Assembly (NCBI GenBank): GCA_965218975.1
Contig: OZ244717.1
Span: 288,001-352,000, forward strand
Reading direction: 5' to 3'
DNA from: Candidatus Oxydemutatoraceae bacterium
GTDB taxonomy: Bacteria > Pseudomonadota > Gammaproteobacteria > Poriferisulfidales > Oxydemutatoraceae
DNA: 64,000 nucleotides
A program made the position numbers and the translations under genes. Below, one piece after another: positions 58,383-64,000 of the stretch (its first letter is position 1; each line of letters begins with the position of its first letter). Below the pieces are notes generated by a model. It was given only the letters and a program-made list of their open reading frames with translations, made no database searches and was not told the origin of the DNA.

Positions 58383-58867
58383 GCGCATAGAACTGTTGCC
58401 GAGACGAGCGTGTGAACACCTGCTATGGTGGCGCCCTAATTTGATTTTCCCTTTACAGGTTCCAAAACCCCTTTTGGCTATAATAGATACTATTATTAAC
58501 GTATTAACGGCATCCTCGCGAGGACGATTATGGTCGGAGCTATCAAGCTCGGATCAGTTGGTTATGGACGCAACCAAGTAAACCGGAGTGTTTTTGTCGT
58601 TTGCCACCGAAACAGACTGATCATTGGACAACAATCGGAAAATCTGGTGAAAAAATATTGATTTACCAACAGGATATTGTGAAATATATACTAATTAGAT
58701 TAGAAGAGGGGAATTTCGGCAATTCTTATCTAGTATCGGCTCGGGCGAAAATGATTCAGAGCGATGTCTTTTACGGAGTAATGAAAAGCCTTGCGAGAAA
58801 GAAAAAAGGTTGCCGGTCACGCTATCGTGATTGGTCGAAATAAAACCCGTCGATTGCGCTTAGCGCA

Positions 58868-60589
58868 ATGCTCATGCCAAGACAAGTGATCCAACAGGAA
58901 TTACCCCTGCCTTTTCCAAAGCTTGGCGCAGACATGCCATTATTGCCGGCGCGTATGGTGAATGAGTACGAATATTGCCCGCGTCTCGCTTATCTGGAGT
59001 GGGTACAAAAAGAATGGGCAGATTCGTCGGATACCGTCGAGGGCAAGTATCGGCATCGTCGCGTCGATAGATTCGGGGGCAATTTGCCGGACCCGGAGCA
59101 GGTGGCGGCAGACGAAACATTTCACGCGCGTTCGATTACTTTGTCCTCGAATCAACTCGGGGTTATTGCAAAACTTGATTTGGTGGAAGGGGAAGGCAAT
59201 GCCGTTATCCCTGTAGATTATAAAAAGGGGAAACGCCCCCATGTGGCACGAGGTGCATACGATCCCGAACGTGTTCAACTATGCCTGCAGGGCATGTTGT
59301 TGGAAGAGCACGGTTATGAATGTGCGGAGGGGATCTTGTATTACGCGGAATCGAAGGAACGGATACGTGTGATCTTTGATAAAGAATTGAAAAACAAAAC
59401 CCTGTCCGCAGTCTCTAGCCTGCGCCTCATGGCTGCCGGCAAAAAAATGCCGCCGCCTTTGGAAGACAGCCCTAAATGCCCGCGTTGTTCTTTGGTTGGC
59501 ATCTGCCTTCCGGATGAAGTTAACTTTTTGAAGTATATGAAAACACCGCCGAGACCTCTAAGTGTCGCGCAGGACGACAGCCTTCCGGTATATGTGCAGG
59601 CCAACCGCGCCTCTGTCAAAAAGGCAGGAGAGACTCTGGAAATCCTGGTTGAGGATAAGTTAGTCAAGAAAGCCCGTTTGCCGGAGGTTTCGCAAGTAGT
59701 CTTAATGGGCAATGTATATCTCACCACTCCCGCTTTGTGCGAACTCATGCGCCGGGAAATTCCGATCACTTGGCATTCCTTTGGCGGCTGGTTTCTGGGG
59801 CATACCATTGGCACCGGACACAAAAATGTCGAGCTGCGCACGGCACAGTTCAAGGCCAGTTTTGATGAACAGGTGTGTCTGACTTTGTCTAAAGGGTTCG
59901 TGCGCGCCAAGATTCAGAATTGTCGCATCATGATGCGGAGAAACTGGAAGCTGAAAGATAAGCCTGCCAGACTGTACCGTGCATTTCACCAAGATGCTAA
60001 CCGGTCTGACCGTGTGTCTTCAATAACCGAATTATTGGGTGTGGAGGGTAATGCGGCAGCGCGATATTTCGGTGAATTTCAAAATTTGATCAAGCGGGAA
60101 AAGGACACGGATCAATTTATTTTTGAGTTTGAGAAGCGCAACCGTCGTCCGCCGGCAGACCCAGTCAATGCTTTATTGTCATACGCTTATAGCCTTTTAA
60201 CACGTACCTGGACGGTTACCCTTACTGCGGTAGGGTTTGATGCATACCGTGGATTTTTTCATCAGCCCCGCTATGGCCGTCCGGCGCTGGCGCTGGATAT
60301 GATGGAACCCTTTCGTCCTTTGGTTGCCGATTCCACAGTGTTGATGGCAATTAACAACGGTGAAGTTCGTCCGGGCGATTTCATATCTGCGGCTGGTAGC
60401 TTCAATCTGACGCCTGCAGGAAGAAAACGGTTTATCGGAACATTTGAACGGCGACTGAGTCAGGAAATTATTCACCCGCTGTTCGGCTATAAAATCAGTT
60501 ACCGCCGCCTGTTTGAGGTGCAAGCCAGACTGTTGGCTCGATTCCTTCTTGGCGAGTTGATTGAGTTTCCCCAATTTACCACGCGGTGA
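58868..60589 (+). CDS. cas1: Cas4-Cas1 fusion
   Basis: Cas4 motifs YCPR, KLDLVE...DYKKG and CPRCSLVGIC; Cas1 motifs LGVEGNAA, RNRRPP.DPVNALLS, LALDMMEPFR. Confidence 0.95.
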   Translation: MLMPRQVIQQELPLPFPKLGADMPLLPARMVNEYEYCPRLAYLEWVQKEWADSSDTVEGKYRHRRVDRFGGNLPDPEQVAADETFHARSITLSSNQLGVIAKLDLVEGEGNAVIPVDYKKGKRPHVARGAYDPERVQLCLQGMLLEEHGYECAEGILYYAESKERIRVIFDKELKNKTLSAVSSLRLMAAGKKMPPPLEDSPKCPRCSLVGICLPDEVNFLKYMKTPPRPLSVAQDDSLPVYVQANRASVKKAGETLEILVEDKLVKKARLPEVSQVVLMGNVYLTTPALCELMRREIPITWHSFGGWFLGHTIGTGHKNVELRTAQFKASFDEQVCLTLSKGFVRAKIQNCRIMMRRNWKLKDKPARLYRAFHQDANRSDRVSSITELLGVEGNAAARYFGEFQNLIKREKDTDQFIFEFEKRNRRPPADPVNALLSYAYSLLTRTWTVTLTAVGFDAYRGFFHQPRYGRPALALDMMEPFRPLVADSTVLMAINNGEVRPGDFISAAGSFNLTPAGRKRFIGTFERRLSQEIIHPLFGYKISYRRLFEVQARLLARFLLGELIEFPQFTTR

Positions 60590-60593
60590 GACA

Positions 60594-60884
60594 TTGGAAG
60601 AACATCTTTATGTCATTGCTTATGACATTTCCGATCAAGCAAGGGGGCGCCTGATATTCAAACTGCTGCATGGTTATGGGGAATGGTTGCAAATGTCTGT
60701 CTTTCAATGCCGGCTATCCCGTCGTCGTCATGCGGAATTGATTGCCATGCTGGACGAAATTATCCACCACACGGAAGATCATGTTATGCTGATGGACCTG
60801 GGATTAGCGGATTCGGTTAAACCGAAAATTGTAAGTCTAGGCAAAGGTTTTCAACCGGTGGAAAGGGAACCGATTATTGTCTGA
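60594..60884 (+). CDS. cas2: Cas2
   Basis: YVIAYDISD, YGEWLQMSVFQC; TTG 60594 start preferred. Confidence 0.93.
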   Translation: MEEHLYVIAYDISDQARGRLIFKLLHGYGEWLQMSVFQCRLSRRRHAELIAMLDEIIHHTEDHVMLMDLGLADSVKPKIVSLGKGFQPVEREPIIV

Positions 60885-61095
60885 TGTTCTTCCGTTCTTC
60901 ATAACTCCCGCGAGAGCCTAGGTGATGAACGTTTGTCCGGGCAGTGCTCGCATAAAAATGTTCTTTGACAATCAGTATCTTACAGGTGACATCTTGCAAA
61001 AAAAATACAAGAAACACGACAGTGTTATGATGCATTTAGACCTCTCGAAATGGCTTTCTATAATCTTTGCCAAACAATAGGTTATGGGATGTGCT
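60885..61095 (+). promoter_or_regulatory. CRISPR leader
   Basis: AT-rich non-coding stretch between cas2 and the first repeat; includes a GCGAG...CTCGC inverted pair. Confidence 0.75.
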
Positions 61096-64000
61096 GTATT
61101 CCGTAGCTATATGCTACGGCCTCATTGAAGCATCTCCATTTTATACGCGGCAGAATTACCGCGTGATGTATTCCGTAGCTATATGCTACGGCCTCATTGA
61201 AGCGATATGGCCACATTCGGCGATGAGGACGATGACATCAGTATTCCGTAGCTATATGCTACGGCCTCATTGAAGCTAGAAGTAGTGGTTTTATACCTTG
61301 ATAGAAGTTTTGTTGTATTCCGTAGCTATATGCTACGGCCTCATTGAAGCCGACACTGTATGTGATCGCGAGCTACTCTGTGACACGTATTCCGTAGCTA
61401 TATGCTACGGCCTCATTGAAGCGAGAATAATGAAAAGTAAGATGAAAACACCTGCTTATGTATTCCGTAGCTATATGCTACGGCCTCATTGAAGCTTTTG
61501 CAGCAAGCTGCTAAAATTATGATAACAGATTGTATTCCGTAGCTATATGCTACGGCCTCATTGAAGCTTCTAAGTTCGGCTTCCATCATTTGTTGAGCAC
61601 CTGGTATTCCGTAGCTATATGCTACGGCCTCATTGAAGCATCTACAAGTCGCTCGCATCTCCGCACGTCATCGGCGTATTCCGTAGCTATATGCTACGGC
61701 CTCATTGAAGCAGCACCGGTAGTTTCTGTTGAAGAACTTGCTATGAAGTATTCCGTAGCTATATGCTACGGCCTCATTGAAGCCAATGCCAAAGACCTAA
61801 TGCACCATGTCATTAGATGTATTCCGTAGCTATATGCTACGGCCTCATTGAAGCATCGACCAGCCGCTCGCATTTCTGCACGTCATCGGCGTATTCCGTA
61901 GCTATATGCTACGGCCTCATTGAAGCGAGATAACCGTCAGTAATTCCGCAAAGAATTTTGTGGTATTCCGTAGCTATATGCTACGGCCTCATTGAAGCGA
62001 TTACTTGGGCACAAGAAACGAAAGCAGCATATCGTATTCCGTAGCTATATGCTACGGCCTCATTGAAGCGAATTTTCAAGCGTTTGCGTGTACCAGATAT
62101 GCCGGGTATTCCGTAGCTATATGCTACGGCCTCATTGAAGCCGTACAGGCAGTCACGCATCGGAGATCGGCATCGCGGTATTCCGTAGCTATATGCTACG
62201 GCCTCATTGAAGCGAGAGGTTAGCTGCACCTGCCGACTGGAAAGAATCAAGTATTCCGTAGCTATATGCTACGGCCTCATTGAAGCTCGAGTTATCTTCG
62301 CGTTAGTCGGGTCAAAAAATAGTATTCCGTAGCTATATGCTACGGCCTCATTGAAGCCTGCAATTCAACCTGCAAACCGTTTTTTACAATGCGGTATTCC
62401 GTAGCTATATGCTACGGCCTCATTGAAGCTGCCGCAAGTGTCGGGTTGCCGAAGTCGTTAAATGCGTATTCCGTAGCTATATGCTACGGCCTCATTGAAG
62501 CTTTACCCCGCTCCACAATGGCCATGATTGCTGCGTAGTATTCCGTAGCTATATGCTACGGCCTCATTGAAGCTGCGGGTCGCCGACGCAAGAAAAAAGG
62601 TTGCATTAGGTATTCCGTAGCTATATGCTACGGCCTCATTGAAGCTTGGCGGGACGCAACTAAGTCGACCGAAGGGTTAGGTATTCCGTAGCTATATGCT
62701 ACGGCCTCATTGAAGCTGGGCTGTACCCTGACGACTCCTGCGAATTTGATGATGTATTCCGTAGCTATATGCTACGGCCTCATTGAAGCGCGGTAAACGC
62801 TAACTCCATGTTCAGCTAATCGGCTGCGTATTCCGTAGCTATATGCTACGGCCTCATTGAAGCCTCACTGCCTTCGTTTCCTTCCAGCATAATTACAGCG
62901 TATTCCGTAGCTATATGCTACGGCCTCATTGAAGCTATATTTTTTTTCTACATCTTCCATGTTTTATCTCCGTATTCCGTAGCTATATGCTACGGCCTCA
63001 TTGAAGCCCACGATTATCTTTGTGTTGCGAATGATTGCCGAGGTATTCCGTAGCTATATGCTACGGCCTCATTGAAGCCGGTGTAAAATCATCCATCAAA
63101 ATAACGGTCTTGCTGTATTCCGTAGCTATATGCTACGGCCTCATTGAAGCAAGAAATTGAACATCGGCTACAGCTATGATACCTGACGTATTCCGTAGCT
63201 ATATGCTACGGCCTCATTGAAGCTGTTTTGTAGTAGTGCATTGTTAGCAGTTCGTTTGTGTATTCCGTAGCTATATGCTACGGCCTCATTGAAGCTTCTC
63301 CAATAACTGTTGGGTCAGGCACAAGGCCTGCGTATTCCGTAGCTATATGCTACGGCCTCATTGAAGCTAGTAAGATCATTAGTTCTGCTGTTTTGAGATT
63401 CCGGTATTCCGTAGCTATATGCTACGGCCTCATTGAAGCTGCAAGAGCTAATTGAAGGTGGAAAAAATGGCAGGTGTATTCCGTAGCTATATGCTACGGC
63501 CTCATTGAAGCAACGTTACACAGAATTAGTTGTATAGACTTATTAGGGTATTCCGTAGCTATATGCTACGGCCTCATTGAAGCCCACGATTATCTTTGTG
63601 TTGCGAATGATTGCCGAGGTATTCCGTAGCTATATGCTACGGCCTCATTGAAGCCGGTGTAAAATCATCCATCAAAATAACGGTCTTGCTGTATTCCGTA
63701 GCTATATGCTACGGCCTCATTGAAGCTCATTGACTCGGGATATGGACGTCCTCGATTCTTTAGTATTCCGTAGCTATATGCTACGGCCTCATTGAAGCTA
63801 TGCAAAAGATACCGAAGAATACAATAATTTGAAGTATTCCGTAGCTATATGCTACGGCCTCATTGAAGCTTTGAAGATCAATATGTATTCAATCGTTAAG
63901 TTGGGGTATTCCGTAGCTATATGCTACGGCCTCATTGAAGCACATTGGATAGTGCTGCGATTGAGCCTTTTATGAGAGGTATTCCGTAGCTATATGCTAC
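61096..64000 (+). CRISPR. type I-G CRISPR array, 36-bp repeat GTATTCCGTAGCTATATGCTACGGCCTCATTGAAGC, continues beyond window
   Basis: Counted 40 complete repeats plus a partial 41st; spacers are 35-38 nt; stem CCGTAGC/GCTACGG; 3' end ATTGAAGC. Confidence 0.99.

Noticed and set aside
58799-58813. 15-nt match (AAGAAAAAAGGTTGC) between spacer 21 and the region upstream of cas4/1, suggesting self-regulation
   Set aside because: Low-complexity A-rich match in the PAM-distal half of the spacer with no seed pairing; compatible with chance.
58396-58843. Two small ORFs (61 and 80 aa) between csb2 and cas4/1
   Set aside because: TTG starts, no clear RBS and no motifs; the region looks regulatory.
61067-63455. 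ORFs within the CRISPR array (YSVAICYGLIEA repeats)
   Set aside because: They are translations of the repeat-spacer units.

Overview
This window comes from a probable sulfur-oxidising gammaproteobacterium; a host-associated lifestyle is possible but cannot be shown from the sequence. From left to right it holds: (1) a PbeA/PbeB/PbeC-like defence module (PLD-helicase, small protein, DndD-like SMC ATPase) running off the left edge; (2) a complete reverse-type dsrABEFHCMKLJOPN operon with an orphan DNA methyltransferase attached; (3) an rnfA-B-D-G-E-nth operon with no separate rnfC, where the RnfC 2x[4Fe-4S] and coiled-coil part is fused to RnfB; (4) a disrupted TorF-like porin, metG, a histidine-decarboxylase-like gene and an ACT protein; (5) a Gtr-like glycosylation cassette bracketed by IS481-family remnants; (6) two decayed IS481 copies interrupted by a small non-coding element made of a leader plus 1-3 tandem, structured 98-bp units inserted at CC|TG; (7) pyrB/pyrC'/pyrK/yggS, a GT2, a macro domain, ampD, gshA and pyrF; (8) a type I-G (I-U) CRISPR locus with two different complete effector modules in tandem, one Csx17-type with a Cas3-Fic fusion and one Csb3-type with an extended Csb2. 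These share one cas4/1-cas2 pair and one array of at least 40 spacers. The strongest candidates for new biology are the dual I-G locus with Cas3-Fic, the 98-bp modular element, and the RnfB-RnfC' fusion. All family assignments come from recognising motifs by eye; no database searches were run.
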